DNA of 64,000 nucleotides from an uncultured Chloroflexia bacterium (lineage in GTDB: Bacteria; Chloroflexota; Limnocylindria; Limnocylindrales; CSP1-4). Shown here in pieces: positions 28,911 to 39,578 of the stretch. Where the stretch lies: NCBI GenBank assembly GCA_963778645.1, contig CAVZVH010000026.1, forward strand, positions 723,841 to 787,840, in the 5' to 3' direction. The notes under the pieces were generated by a model, which saw only the letters and a list, made by a program, of their open reading frames with translations, was not told where the DNA came from and made no database searches. The translations under genes and the position numbers were made by a program. The stretch's first letter is position 1. The number at the start of each line of letters is the position of its first letter.

Positions 28911-30083
28911 TCAGTTCTCGACGCGGAACTCCGCGCGGTGCCACACCTCGATCCCGCGACCCCGGATGACGTTGAGCCAGCCCAGCGCGAACGCCGCGTT
29001 CACGACGGCGAACGAGCGGGCGAAGGCGACGAGCCGAGGCGGCCGCCGGCCGGCCCCGATGATGAGGTGCGCGACGCCTGCCAGGAGCACGCCGAGGACT
29101 ACGGCGATCGGCACGGCGAGGTAGGCGGGCGAACCGCCAAGAGTGCCCAGCCATAGCCCCGTGATCGAGGCGAGGGCGATGAACCAGGGCGTCGCCCAGC
29201 GGAGCAGCTTGTGCGACCAGATCGCGAGGGCCGGACCCGGATGGCGCCAGGGCGCCAGCTTGCGAACCATCGAGAGGTTCGCCCGGATGCCCCGCGTGGC
29301 GGTGCGCGTGCGATTGCGGAACTGCTCGCGCAGGCCGCTGATCGGACGATCCGTCGCGATCGCCGCCGGGACGTACACGACGAGGCCGCCGGCCTCACGC
29401 ACGTAGAGCGGCAGCAGATGGTCCATCGAGGCGGTCAACGGCACCGGCCGGTAGACCACCCGACGGACCGCCAGGAGCGCGCCGGTCACGGCGGTCAGGA
29501 CGCCGGCCCGGCTCTCCATCTCGCGGACCCGACGCTCGTAGCGCCAGTAGAGGCCCTCCTGCGCCGATGTCGCCGTGGCGCCTTCATCGCGCCACTCCAG
29601 TCGACCCGTCGCACAGCCGACGCGTGGGTCGCGCAGCGCCTCCGCCAGCGCGGCCAGGCAACCTGGCGCGAACCGGGTCTCCGCATCGGTCAGCACCACG
29701 ACGTCGCCGCGGGCGGCCTCGAACAGGGCCGCCTGGGTCGCGGTCTGGCCGCCCCGCGGCAGCGCCAGCAGCCGCACCTGGGGGTCCTGGGCCGCCATCG
29801 CCGCCACGATCGCTTCGGTGGCATCGGTCGACCCGTCCGAGCCGACGAGGACCTCCGCGATCCGGGCGCCGCTGTGCGTCTGGGCGAAGGCGTCCTCGAT
29901 CCGATCGGAGATGTGGTCGGCCTCGTCGTGGACGGCGATCGCGATCGACAGCGTCGGCGGTTCGTTCGTGCGTTCTGGGACGACCGGCCTCTTCCGGGCG
30001 AGCAGCCAGACGGTGAGCGGGTAGCCGAGGTATACCCAGACGAGGGCGGCGATCGAGGCCCAGAACACGATCTCGGCGAGCAC
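28911..30083 (-). CDS. Membrane-anchored GT2 glycosyltransferase (synthase-like topology)
   Basis: 390 aa. It has an N-terminal TM, a GT-A core (LSIAIAVHDEADHI, VLVGSDGSTDAT, VVVLTDAETRF) and a QxxRW-like stretch EQFRNRTRTATRG. About 4 C-terminal TM helices follow. Confidence 0.75.
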   Translation of the reverse strand: MLAEIVFWASIAALVWVYLGYPLTVWLLARKRPVVPERTNEPPTLSIAIAVHDEADHISDRIEDAFAQTHSGARIAEVLVGSDGSTDATEAIVAAMAAQDPQVRLLALPRGGQTATQAALFEAARGDVVVLTDAETRFAPGCLAALAEALRDPRVGCATGRLEWRDEGATATSAQEGLYWRYERRVREMESRAGVLTAVTGALLAVRRVVYRPVPLTASMDHLLPLYVREAGGLVVYVPAAIATDRPISGLREQFRNRTRTATRGIRANLSMVRKLAPWRHPGPALAIWSHKLLRWATPWFIALASITGLWLGTLGGSPAYLAVPIAVVLGVLLAGVAHLIIGAGRRPPRLVAFARSFAVVNAAFALGWLNVIRGRGIEVWHRAEFRVEN

Positions 30084-30100
30084 GCGCAGAGCCTACGCGC

Positions 30101-31282
30101 TCAGCGCTCCCACGGCAGGTCGGGCCACCAGGTCCGCCAGCGTCCGACGAGCCGGCTGGCTTCGGCCGATCGGGTGTGGGCGGCGGCGAAGACATGGGCT
30201 CGCCGGCGCCGATCGTCGATCGCGGCCGCGTCCATCGACTGCAGGCGTTTCCACGCCGCGAGGACCGCCTCGGCCTCGGGTGCGCGGATCGGCTCCAGGA
30301 GGTCCGCCGCGACCAGCGCCGCGACGGCCCCGGCAGGCACGGCAAGCACGGGCAGGCCGACCGCGAACGCATCGAGCACGACCTTGGGGAAGCCTTCGGC
30401 CGGCGACGGGAAGACGAAGGCATCGGCGGCCGCCAGACGGTCGAGGTACGACACGCGATCGGCGACGTAACCGAGCCACCGGATCCGATCGCCAGCCCCC
30501 GACGACGTCGCGAGCTCGCTCAGGCGCTCCCGGTCCGGCCCGTCGCCCAGGATCTCGAGCTCGAGCGCCGGATCGGCGGCCACCGCGGCGATCATCGATT
30601 CGAGCCCCTTGCCGGCGGCCAGCCGTCCGGCCCAGGCGAGCCGGATCGGGCGTCCGTCGGATCCGGGTGCCCACGCTCGGGCGTTCGGATCACGCAGTTC
30701 CTGCGGCTCCACCAGGCTGGCCACGACTCCGTCGCCATGGACGACTCCGTCACCGACGACGACGCGATGCCCGCCGACGCCGGCCAGCCGACCGATCGCG
30801 TCGTAGCCGAGGCCGATCAGCCCGGCCCCGATGCGAGCGACCCCGCGGTACCTGGCGCCGGCCACGTCGGCCGCGCTGCCGGCGACCCACACGAAGCGAG
30901 GCGTGCCGGCTCGACGCGCGATGATCGCGGCCAGGGTCGCGTTCGACGCCGGGACCTTCAGCCAGAGGAGGTCGGCCTCGCCGATGGCGCGTCGCAGCGT
31001 GGACCGGTTGGCGCCGAGGAGGCCGGGCAGGTGACGGAGGTAGCCGGCGATCCCCTCGAATGGCGCCGTGCCGACCACCTGGATCCGGGGATCGACGGGC
31101 TGGGTGGCCGGCGGCGTCGCTGCGTCGCGCAGGGGCACGCACGAGATGATCGAGGCGACCGGCGATCCGGGCAGGTCCAGCAGACCCGCCACGAACCGCT
31201 GGAACGTGGCGTTGACCGGGTAGATCCGCCCCTCCCACGCCAGGTGCGGGTTGTCGTCGACCACGACCAGGGCGATGCCCAC
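30101..31282 (-). CDS. GT4-like glycosyltransferase
   Basis: C-terminal 393 codons of ORF 30101..32455, from GTG 31280-31282, 2 nt after the upstream stop. Motifs are VGIALVVVDDNPHLAWEGRIYP and PSPAEGFPKVVLDAFAVGLPVLAVPAGAV. Confidence 0.7.
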   Translation of the reverse strand: MGIALVVVDDNPHLAWEGRIYPVNATFQRFVAGLLDLPGSPVASIISCVPLRDAATPPATQPVDPRIQVVGTAPFEGIAGYLRHLPGLLGANRSTLRRAIGEADLLWLKVPASNATLAAIIARRAGTPRFVWVAGSAADVAGARYRGVARIGAGLIGLGYDAIGRLAGVGGHRVVVGDGVVHGDGVVASLVEPQELRDPNARAWAPGSDGRPIRLAWAGRLAAGKGLESMIAAVAADPALELEILGDGPDRERLSELATSSGAGDRIRWLGYVADRVSYLDRLAAADAFVFPSPAEGFPKVVLDAFAVGLPVLAVPAGAVAALVAADLLEPIRAPEAEAVLAAWKRLQSMDAAAIDDRRRRAHVFAAAHTRSAEASRLVGRWRTWWPDLPWER

Positions 31283-31284
31283 GC

Positions 31285-32769
31285 TCAGCGCTCCTCGCCC
31301 GGCTCGCGCTCGCCGATGACGAGATCGGCCGCGCCTTCCCCGCCGCGCAGCCCGACGATCGGCCCGTGACGTCGACCGGTAAGCCGGCCGACGATCGCCC
31401 GCAGCGCGGCCACCAGCGCCACGATGTCGGACCGACGGATCACCAGGGTCTCCCCCCAGCCCCGGCCGGACAGCCGGTGGAAGACGATGAGCGTGAGAGC
31501 CGCCGTGGCCAGGTAGGAGATCGACGAGGCAGCCGCCGCGCCGCTGATCCCGTAGGCCGGAATGAGCACGAGGTTGGCCGCGATGTTGATGACCAGCCCG
31601 GTCACCATGATCAGCGTGCTGGTCCCCGGGCGTCCGCCCCCGACGATGTAGCGCGACAGGACCGCCACGACGCTGTACGCGACGATGCCGGGCAGGATGA
31701 GCCGGAGCGCCACGCCCGCATCGGCGAAGGCCGAGCCATAGACGAACCGGACCAGCCGCGGGCCGATGATGAACGCCGGGACCGCTGTCACGAGCGCGAC
31801 GGCGATCGTGGTCCGGGTCAGGACCGACGCGATCCGGCCCGCATCCGCCTTGGGGTCGACGGCCCGGCTGAACATGACCGTCCCGAGGGCGTTCGGGACG
31901 TACCAGAGCGTTTCGGCGAGGCCGCTCGTGACCGAGTAGATGCCCGTCTGGCGGACGCCCAGGATGGCGTTGACGAGGAACGCATCCGAACGGAACTGGA
32001 GCCGCTCGGCGAGCGCGCCCGGCAGGGATCGCGCGCCGAACCGCAGCTCCTCGACCAGGAGCGGCATCGACGGTCTGAAGCCGAGACTCCCGTCGCGGGC
32101 GGCGACCCACAGGATGAGCGCGCCCGTCGCCCCCAGGGCGACGAGGTTGAGGAACAGGGCCAGGTCCAGGCTGAGCCGGGCGATCGCGGCGGCCGCGAGG
32201 ATGAAGAGCAGCAGGAGCCCCCGTCGCGCCACGCGGATGAGGCTGTAGTCGACCACGCGCTTCCGTCCAAGGAGGGCGTACAGGCCGATGCCGAAGAAGA
32301 GTTCGCCGGGCAGCGCCAGCGCGGCATACGTGAACTGCGCCGCGGAGAGGTTCGGGATGAGGATCGCCAGCGGTCCGTCGGGCCGCGTGTTCGTCGGCAG
32401 GCCGTACAACCAGCCCGACAGCACGACCGAGAAGCCGCCGACGACCGCGGTCCACAGGATGGCGTTGGCCATCCCGCGCCGCGCCGTCTTCTGGTCACGA
32501 CCGGCCACGACGGCCAGCGCCTGGTCCATCCCGACGCCGACGAGCAGGGCCGCCAGCTGCGAGTAGAGGAGGACGAGCGCAAACCGTCCCTTGGCCGATG
32601 GGCCGAGCAGGCGGGCCAGCGCGATGTCGGTCGCGAAGATGAGGACCGCCAGCCCGAAGCGGGTGACGATGGTGACCAGCGCGTCGCGCAGCAGCGGCGA
32701 CGGGCCGGCCACCGCCGGCGGCCCGGGCGCCGTCGGAGCGGCGACCGCGTCGGCCGCTGGCTCGCTCAT
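31285..32769 (-). CDS. Wzx-type oligosaccharide flippase (MOP superfamily), second copy
   Basis: ATG 32767-32769 within ORF 31285..33372, 494 aa, multi-TM. It has LLRDALVTIVTRFGLAVLIFATDIALARLLGPSAKGRFALV and LRFGARSLPGALAERLQFRSDAFLV. Confidence 0.75.
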   Translation of the reverse strand: MSEPAADAVAAPTAPGPPAVAGPSPLLRDALVTIVTRFGLAVLIFATDIALARLLGPSAKGRFALVLLYSQLAALLVGVGMDQALAVVAGRDQKTARRGMANAILWTAVVGGFSVVLSGWLYGLPTNTRPDGPLAILIPNLSAAQFTYAALALPGELFFGIGLYALLGRKRVVDYSLIRVARRGLLLLFILAAAAIARLSLDLALFLNLVALGATGALILWVAARDGSLGFRPSMPLLVEELRFGARSLPGALAERLQFRSDAFLVNAILGVRQTGIYSVTSGLAETLWYVPNALGTVMFSRAVDPKADAGRIASVLTRTTIAVALVTAVPAFIIGPRLVRFVYGSAFADAGVALRLILPGIVAYSVVAVLSRYIVGGGRPGTSTLIMVTGLVINIAANLVLIPAYGISGAAAASSISYLATAALTLIVFHRLSGRGWGETLVIRRSDIVALVAALRAIVGRLTGRRHGPIVGLRGGEGAADLVIGEREPGEER

Positions 32770-32782
32770 CGGCCGGCTGCGC

Positions 32783-33760
32783 TCACTCCGAACCGGACGC
32801 CGCGTGGGGAGTGACGCCGGCCAGGGCCGGCTCCGCGAGGGCCGTCCTGAACCAGGCCGCGGTCCTCGCCAGCCCATCGTCCAGGCCGACCGTGGCGCGA
32901 TAGCCGAGGACCCGCGCGGCCTTCTCGACCGCGGCCACGTTGCGGCGGACGTCACCGGCCCGGGCCGGCCCGTGGACGACCTCCAGCTCCCGTCCCACGG
33001 CACGCCCGACGCCCGAGGCCAGTTCCTCGATGGTCGTCTCGATCCCGGTCCCGGCCTGGAAGAGCTCGCCCGCGACGCGGTCCTCGGGGGCATCGAGCGC
33101 GGCCGCGATGGCCGACGCGAGGTCGTCGACGAAGACCAGGTCGCGCGTCTGCTGCCCGTCGCCGTGGATCGTGATCGGCTCGCCGGCGATCGCGGCTCGC
33201 AGCCAGGCCGCCACCACGCTGCGCTTGTGCAGCGAGTTCGGCCCGTAGGCGTTGGAGAAGCGCAGTGAGCAGGCGGCCAGGTCGTAGGTCGCGGCATACG
33301 CGCCGGCATACGCTTCGATGGCCAGCTTGGAGGCGCCGTACGGCGAGACCGGGTGGGGCAGGTCGGACTCATCGCTGGGTGGCTCGTGGTCGCCAGCCGC
33401 GGCGTTGGAGGATGCGAACACGAACCGGCGGACGCCGGCCTGCCGGGCGGCCTCCAGCAGCCCGACGGACCACGCCACGTTCGCCTCGAAGGTGCCGAGC
33501 GGGTCGCGCACGGAATCGTCGATGCCGGCCCGCGCCGCCAGGTGGACGACGGCGTCCACGCCGGTCACGGCCTGCCGGACGGTCGCCGGATCGGCGAGCG
33601 ACCCGCGCTGGAGTTCGTGCGGCGTGCCAGACAGGTACGCCGCGTGCCCGATCGAGAGGTCATCGAGGATCCGGACGCGGTCGCCCCGGGCGGCCAACCA
33701 CCGGGCGAGGTTGGAGCCGATGAAGCCGGCGCCCCCGGTCACGAGGACGGTTCGCGTCAT
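32783..33760 (-). CDS. NAD-dependent sugar-nucleotide epimerase/dehydratase (SDR)
   Basis: 325 aa. Motifs are VLVTGGAGFIGSNLARWL and SPYGASKLAIE (YxxxK). Substrate is not assignable from sequence alone. Confidence 0.8.
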   Translation of the reverse strand: MTRTVLVTGGAGFIGSNLARWLAARGDRVRILDDLSIGHAAYLSGTPHELQRGSLADPATVRQAVTGVDAVVHLAARAGIDDSVRDPLGTFEANVAWSVGLLEAARQAGVRRFVFASSNAAAGDHEPPSDESDLPHPVSPYGASKLAIEAYAGAYAATYDLAACSLRFSNAYGPNSLHKRSVVAAWLRAAIAGEPITIHGDGQQTRDLVFVDDLASAIAAALDAPEDRVAGELFQAGTGIETTIEELASGVGRAVGRELEVVHGPARAGDVRRNVAAVEKAARVLGYRATVGLDDGLARTAAWFRTALAEPALAGVTPHAASGSE

Positions 33761-33775
33761 GGGGCGTCGGCCGCG

Positions 33776-34960
33776 TCAGACGCGGACCGACTCGCGCGGC
33801 GGCTCGGGGACCCAGCGGACGTTCTGGACCAGTGTGGCCGGATCGATCAGCTGCTGGTGGGCCTTGATCTTGGCGAGCATCGTGTCGATCAGTTCCTCAC
33901 CGAGCAGGTGCGGCTCCAGCCCGAGCCCCAGGAGCTTGGTGTGCTTGGCGTTGTAGTAGTGCTCCTCGAGCTCCTTGCGCGGATTGGTCGTGTGCTCGAT
34001 GGCCACGTCCCAGCCAAGATGCTCGCCCGCGGCGCGGACCCGTTCGGCCAGCTCCAGGACGCTGAACTGCTCCGTGAACTGGTTGTAGACCCGCAGCTCA
34101 CCCCGGTCGGCCGGGTTCGCAGCGGCCAGGCCGATGCACGCCACGGTGTCGCGGATGTTCAGGTAGCCGCGCGTCTGGCCGCCTTTCCCGTACACGGTCA
34201 ACGGATGCCCGATGACCGCCTGGACGCAGAATCGGTTGAGCGCCGTCCCGAAGACCTCGTCGTAGTGGAAGCTGGTCGCCAGACGTGGGTCGAGTGCGGA
34301 TTCATCGGTCTCGACGCCGTACACGACGCCCTGGTTGAGATCGGTGGCGCGCAGGCCCCAGATCCGGCAGGCGAAGTGGATGTTATGGCTGTCGTGGACC
34401 TTCGAGAGGTGGTACATCGAGCCGGGCGTCTTGGGATAGAGGAAGGTGTGCTGGCGACCGTTGTGGTCGACGGTCAGGTAGCCCTCCTCGATGTCGATAT
34501 CGGGCGTGCCGTACTCGCCCATCGTGCCGAGCTTGACCAGGTGGATCTCCGGGTCGATGTCGCGGATGGCGAACAGGACGTTCAGGTTGCCGATGACGTT
34601 GTTGGCCTGGGTATAGGCAGCGTGACGGACGTCGATCATCGAGTACGGCGCGGACGGCTGCTCCCCGTAGTGGACGATCGTGTCCGGCCGGAAGCCGCTG
34701 ACCACCGACTCGACGAAGGCGTAGTCGGTCAGGTCGCCGACGAAGAGCTCGATGTCGTGCTCGGTGACCTCGCGCCACGCCCGGACGCGTTCGTGCAGCG
34801 TCGGGATCGGGAATAGGGGGCGGACGCCAAGCTCCAGTTCCCACTGGCGCTTCGCGAAGTTGTCGACGACGGCCACGCGCCCACCGGCGCGCGAGAACGC
34901 CATGGCAGTCGGCCAGCCCAGATAGCCGTCGCCGCCGAGGATCAGGATCCTGTCGGTCAC
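33776..34960 (-). CDS. sqdB: UDP-sulfoquinovose synthase
   Basis: 394 aa, nearly collinear with the SqdB/SQD1 signature as I recall it. Shared stretches are ILILGGDGYLGWPTA, KLGTMGEYGTPDIDIEEGYLTV.HNGR, YHLSKVHDSHNIHFACRIWGLRATDLNQGVVYG, FGTALNRFCVQAVIGHPLTVYGKGGQTRGYLNIRDTV, VYNQFTEQFSV and ELEEHYYNAKHTKLLGLGL. Confidence 0.9.
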   Translation of the reverse strand: MTDRILILGGDGYLGWPTAMAFSRAGGRVAVVDNFAKRQWELELGVRPLFPIPTLHERVRAWREVTEHDIELFVGDLTDYAFVESVVSGFRPDTIVHYGEQPSAPYSMIDVRHAAYTQANNVIGNLNVLFAIRDIDPEIHLVKLGTMGEYGTPDIDIEEGYLTVDHNGRQHTFLYPKTPGSMYHLSKVHDSHNIHFACRIWGLRATDLNQGVVYGVETDESALDPRLATSFHYDEVFGTALNRFCVQAVIGHPLTVYGKGGQTRGYLNIRDTVACIGLAAANPADRGELRVYNQFTEQFSVLELAERVRAAGEHLGWDVAIEHTTNPRKELEEHYYNAKHTKLLGLGLEPHLLGEELIDTMLAKIKAHQQLIDPATLVQNVRWVPEPPRESVRV

Positions 34961-34998
34961 GCTGTCATCTCCGGTTGGGGGGCACGGGGATGGCCATC

Positions 34999-35044
34999 TG
35001 AGGCCGCGGTCGAGTCTAGCATCGGGCTCGACGAGACGGCCTCA
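34999..35044 (-). other. Imperfect GC-rich hairpin at the boundary between the decayed cassette and the sqdB operon
   Basis: GAGGCCG..GTCGAG pairs with CTCGAC....CGGCCTC. There is no U-tract. It lies between the pseudogene stop (35110) and the sqdB start (34960). Confidence 0.3.
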
Positions 35045-35109
35045 GCCCTCCCAGGGGCTCGTCACGAGCCCGGCTACGCGATCCGCCGAGCGGCCATCCA
35101 ATGGGCCCA

Positions 35110-36561
35110 TCACACGCTCGATTGCTTCGCGTCGGGTCGAATAAATCGCTTCGCCGACTCCGGATCGGACAGTCTCGTCGCCTCCTCGGAAAGCGCAGCA
35201 CCATCACGAACCGACGTCAGGTCGAGTCCGGCCAGCTCTGCGCTCGCAATCGAGGGTTCACCAGTCTCGACCACGATCACCGGGCACTCGGCAGCCAAAG
35301 CCTCGCCAGCCACGGTCGAACGATGAACGACGACGACGTCCGCCCAGCCGAGAAGAGGCTCGACAGGCGATCGATCAATGACCTTCGTGCGTCGTCGGAT
35401 CTCGTGGTTCCACGCCGGTTCGCGGAGAACTTCGCTCCAGTCGCTTCCGCCCGGATGCAGCTTGATGACCAGCGCCGCGGAGGGCAGGTGCGTCAGCGCC
35501 TCCAGCATCGTCTCGACCAGTTTTCGATTGGAGTCCACTGACGCCACGCTGAGAGCGAGCAGGATTCGTGGAGCTCCGACAGTCGCGAGAGCCCGGTCCA
35601 CGCCGAGTTCGGTCGCCGAATCGGTCGCGAGCGCCAAGCCAGTCGAGACGCGGGTTGCCAACCACCCTGACACGGGCAGCCGGCGTTCCGCGTTCAACGA
35701 ACCAACGAGCCGACGCTTCACTCCACGCCGCCAATCGATCGGCGGCGAGCGGGAGGTAGCCGAGCGTCGCCTGAGGTAGACCATGCTGCAGGACGACTGA
35801 ACGGAATTCCGAGATCCGCCGCGACGTGGGTCGTCAGGCGACCGATCCGATGCTGGTCCGTTGCAACGACCACAGTCAATGGCCTCGAACGCTCGAGGAA
35901 CGTTCTGATCGCGGTGGCCTCGATGACGATCCATGGGAGAGATCGTCGAACCACCGGTCGGGCAGCCTGCATGGCCGTCAAAGCCACGTCGACGCCGCCG
36001 ATCAGGAGTGGAGGGGGAGATCGGCTGGCCGCCTGCCAGCAATCCTCGACAGATCCGTGCAGGGAGCGGAGCCGGCGGAATTCGGCAACAGGCGACAGGA
36101 CGAGCGGGCTGGCGTGGTGGCCGGACGACCGCCAGCGGCGAAGTGCGCGCGGGTCGGCAACGCCGACGGACGGGGGATCGGGTACCTGATTCGCGACGGC
36201 GACCAAGCCATCGAGCGTTGACGGCGTCGCCAGCTCAGAGATAATTGCCACGTTGGAGCGAGCGGGACCGGTAGTGAACGACGTGGGCGCGACGGCTCGC
36301 AGTCCCCACGCTCGGATCGCACGATCCAGCCCGCGCTGTCTTCAAGCCCCGATAGATCGGCCGTCCGATGACGCGGGCCGGCTGTCCAATCAGAGGGAGC
36401 ACGGCGGCAAGGACCGCATCCGCGACCTCGATGTGGATTGCCCAACCGGATGGAAGGCCGTCCAACGAGAGGAGGTCCTCGCCAGACGGACCCAGGAACC
36501 ACGATTTGGCCCAGCGCTCGACCGACACCAATGCGTCTGCGTGGGTTCCGCGCCCCGTCAT
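35110..36561 (-). pseudogene. GT-B-fold capsule/teichoic-type transferase-like gene (CDP-glycerol glycerophosphotransferase / capsule-synthesis-like), at least 3 frameshifts
   Basis: Pieces occupy all three minus frames. They are MTGRGTHADALVSVERWAKSWFLGPSG...IGRPIYRGLK, GLDRAIRAWGLRAVAPTSF...VAIISELATPSTLDG...ADLGIPF, VVLQHGLPQATLGYLPLAADRLAAWSEASARWFVERGTPAARVRVVGNPRLD and ALATDS...LVIKLHPGG...ADVVVVHRSTVAGEALAAECPVIVV. Shifts lie near 36330, 35780 and 35645. Confidence 0.6.
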
Positions 36562-37923
36562 AGGGCGGGCTCGGAGGGGGTTGCCACGTCAGCCGCCGGC
36601 GTCAGCGACCCGGCTCTGGTCGAAGGTAGGCCCGGGAGGCGCCGCGCCGCGATCCTGGCCCGCCATCGAAGGCCGAGGCTGTACAGGACCATCGCCAACG
36701 CTGAGGCCGCGGACACGCCCAGCAACCCATAGCCGAGCTGGAGGAGGATGATGGCCATGGCGAGGTCGGCGGCGATGGCGGCCACCTGGATGGCCAGATA
36801 CTCGCGCTGGGCCCCGACGCTCGTCAAGACGCTAGCGAAACCCGATGCCCATGCGTAGACCAGCGCGCCAAGCATCGAGATCAGGAGTGGCCCGCGGGCA
36901 TCGTCGAAAGCCGGCAGGAACACAGGGATGGCGAGCCACGCAGCGAGTCCAAGGGTAGCGATCAGCGTGCCGGCGAACGCGACAGCGAGCCGGGATTGCC
37001 GTTGAGCGAGCGCGAGCAACTCGGCGCCGGAACTCCCTGCCCCGAACGCAAAGGCGAGGTGTGGGTACGCCTGCTGAGCGAGGATCGTCACGACTACCAA
37101 CAACGCGCTGACCGCGAGACCGACGAGGCCGTAGATCCCGACGGCCTCCGTCCCGAGGAACGTCAGCACGAGCCATCGGTCCAGCGTGGTCAGGGCCATA
37201 AAGGCAAGACCCGCCAGCATCAGCGGCAGACCAACCGAGATGAGTCGCCGTGCCGTCGGAGGATCCCAGCGCAGGCGAGGAGGTCGCTCGAGCAGGAGCA
37301 CCGTAATCACCAAGCTGGTCAGCTGGGCGAGGACCTGGGCCGCGATCAGGCCCGACAGACCGAACCGTAGCGAGCGACAGTCCTCCCACAAGGGTGACAC
37401 CTCCCACCGCCGCGAGCTGGATCGCCGCGGCTCGGAACGCGAAACGCGACCGAAGGAGGATCTGAGCCAGCAGGAATAGCTGCTGGCTGAACGCGGCGGC
37501 GGCGACTAGAACGACGAGCAGGGCGTCGCCGCCCACGCTTGGCTCGCCGATCGTCCTGACGATGACGCCCACCGCTATGGCTCCGATGAGGCTGGTCCCG
37601 ATGGTGGCCACGAGGGACACGTCCTCCGCCAGCTCAGCGTCCGCTTGACGACCTGCCCCAAGCCGCAGCGGTACCTCACGGCCGAGCCCGTTCGGGATTC
37701 CTAGCGAAAGGAAGGAGACGTACTGGAGAACCAGCACGATGAGTACCCACTCCCCGAACGCCGAGGGCCCCAGGTAGGCCGCAGCCACGACGCTGAGAGC
37801 CAGCCGACAGCCCTGGAAGACCAGTGTCCCGAGCGCGAATCTGCCGATGTCCCCCGTGACCGGCAGGAGGTATCTGCGAAATCGCGAAGATGAAGCTGCG
37901 AGAGCCGCCCGGAACGATCCCAT
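36558..37923 (-). pseudogene. Wzx-type flippase (third copy) with a frameshift near 37365-37375
   Basis: The N-terminal half is in ORF 36832..37923 (through ...QLAAVGGVTLVGGLSLATV). The C-terminal half is in ORF 36558..37400 (FGLSGLIAAQVLAQLTS...). Its stop overlaps the downstream ATG as ATGA at 36558-36561. Confidence 0.7.
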
Positions 37924-37994
37924 GCGATCTGTCTAGGCCTGACGAGTCCACGGGGCCGGCGCCGGCGCTGTCATTCCGCTGCTGGTGCGCGTTC

Positions 37995-39490
37995 TCACCC
38001 ACGACCCGACGTTGGGATCGGGGCGATCGATGGGTCCGGTGCGGCAGATGTCGTCGTCGTTGGCCTAGCACCAACGGGCTCGGTCTCACCAGGCAAGGGG
38101 ATGGAGATCCGCTCGGAGACCGCGACGGCGAGCCCCACGGCACTCGCGATCAGAAGCCACTCGAGCGAGCCGTTTCGCGGGTTGAACAGGTGGGAGTTCG
38201 TCAGTGCGGCGACCGGGAACAGGACGGACGCGATCGCGATCCCCATGCCGGCCCAGCCGACAGCGGCTCGCGCCGCGCGTGCGCGGAATACCCACGCGAT
38301 AGTGCCCAGACTGGCGGCAAGCAACAGGAGGTATAGCGTCAGCGTAGGCAGTCCGAACTCCGCCCCGACCTGCAGGTAAGCCAAATGCGTGTCGGCCACG
38401 ACCAAGGGACCGGTCGGGTCCAGGACATAGCGCTGGATGTTCATCTGGAATGGCCCGACTCCGAAGAGAGGATCAGACTCGACCATCGTCAAGGCCGCGG
38501 TCCAGAACGCGCTTCGTGACGAAATTTCCGCCGCCGCGGCGGAGTCGTCGATGTTGCCCACCGCTTCGCCGGTGGAGCCTGGGTCGATGACGCTCAGGGT
38601 ACGCCCGCCGGCATCAGCGACGCTTGATGCAGCCAAGGTGGCGACCACGATGAGGCCGGCGATGACGATCGAGCGGACCTGCGCCACCCCGATCCGTACG
38701 GGGTAGGCGACGACCGCCAGCACAGCGGCTCCAAGCAGAAGCAGGAGGGCCATCCGTGTTCCGGTCTGCATCATCGCGAAGATGCATGCGATCGCGATCA
38801 GGCCGCACAACGAGGCGCGCAGCCAGCGTGCGCGTCGTTCGTCCAGATCGGATGCATACCGAAAGGCCATCCCCGCTGCTGCGACCGCTACGACGGTCAG
38901 AGCGACCGCGAGACCATTGCGCCCGAACGTCTTGGCCGTGAACCGATCCGGACTGTCGCTGATGGTCGTATAGACGCCATTGCCGAGCAGAAACAGGCCT
39001 CCGGCCGCGATGGCCAGTCCGAGGCGGCTGCCGTCGCCCAACTCATCGCGGAGTGCACCCGCGAGAAGGAGATAGGCCGGGATCCTCACCGAACAGGATC
39101 ACGCCCCGCACGACCGCGCCGGGCTCGACCCCGCTGACCAACGCTGCCAGCGTGGACAGTGTCGCGACGCCGGCGAGGACGATCCCGAGCGGCATCAGGC
39201 GCCGGGTCCAGCCCGGCAGGTCCGTCGCTCGCGGATCGTCAGCACCAGGGCCCAGGCCAGGAGCAGGTCGTTGAAGGTCAAGACCGGAGCCATCGCATTG
39301 GCCAACGGGTGGAGATTCAACGTCATCTGCGGGAACACGTCGTCCACGTTGCCCGGGATGGCCAGGAGTCCGAATGCCAGAGCGGGGATGCGCCACGTCG
39401 GGCGCGTTTCGAGGATGGCGAGGCCGACCACCATAGCCAGGCCAGCGACGAAGATGGCGGTGGTCAAGCTGTCTCCGACTCCGCGAACTG
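37995..39490 (-). pseudogene. O-antigen ligase/polymerase (Wzy_C-like) with at least 2 frameshifts; 5' end uncertain
   Basis: The main part is ORF 37995..39089 (FAMMQTGTRMALLLLLG, DTHLAYLQVGAEFGLPTL). N-terminal pieces sit in two other frames: SLTTAIFVAGLAMVVGLAILE...LLLAWALVLTIRE, and PLGIVLAGVATLSTLAALVSG. Confidence 0.6.
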
Positions 39491-39578
39491 AGGACGTCGC
39501 GAATTCTAGTCGATGCTCTTTGCCGATGACGACGGTCGGCCCTCCCCGTGAAGGGAGTCGCGGGACATACTTGCGGAC

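Noticed and set aside
30176-32814. Plus-strand ORFs 30176..31369 and 31366..32814
   Set aside because: They are antisense to the GT4 and Wzx genes, with highly charged low-complexity translations.
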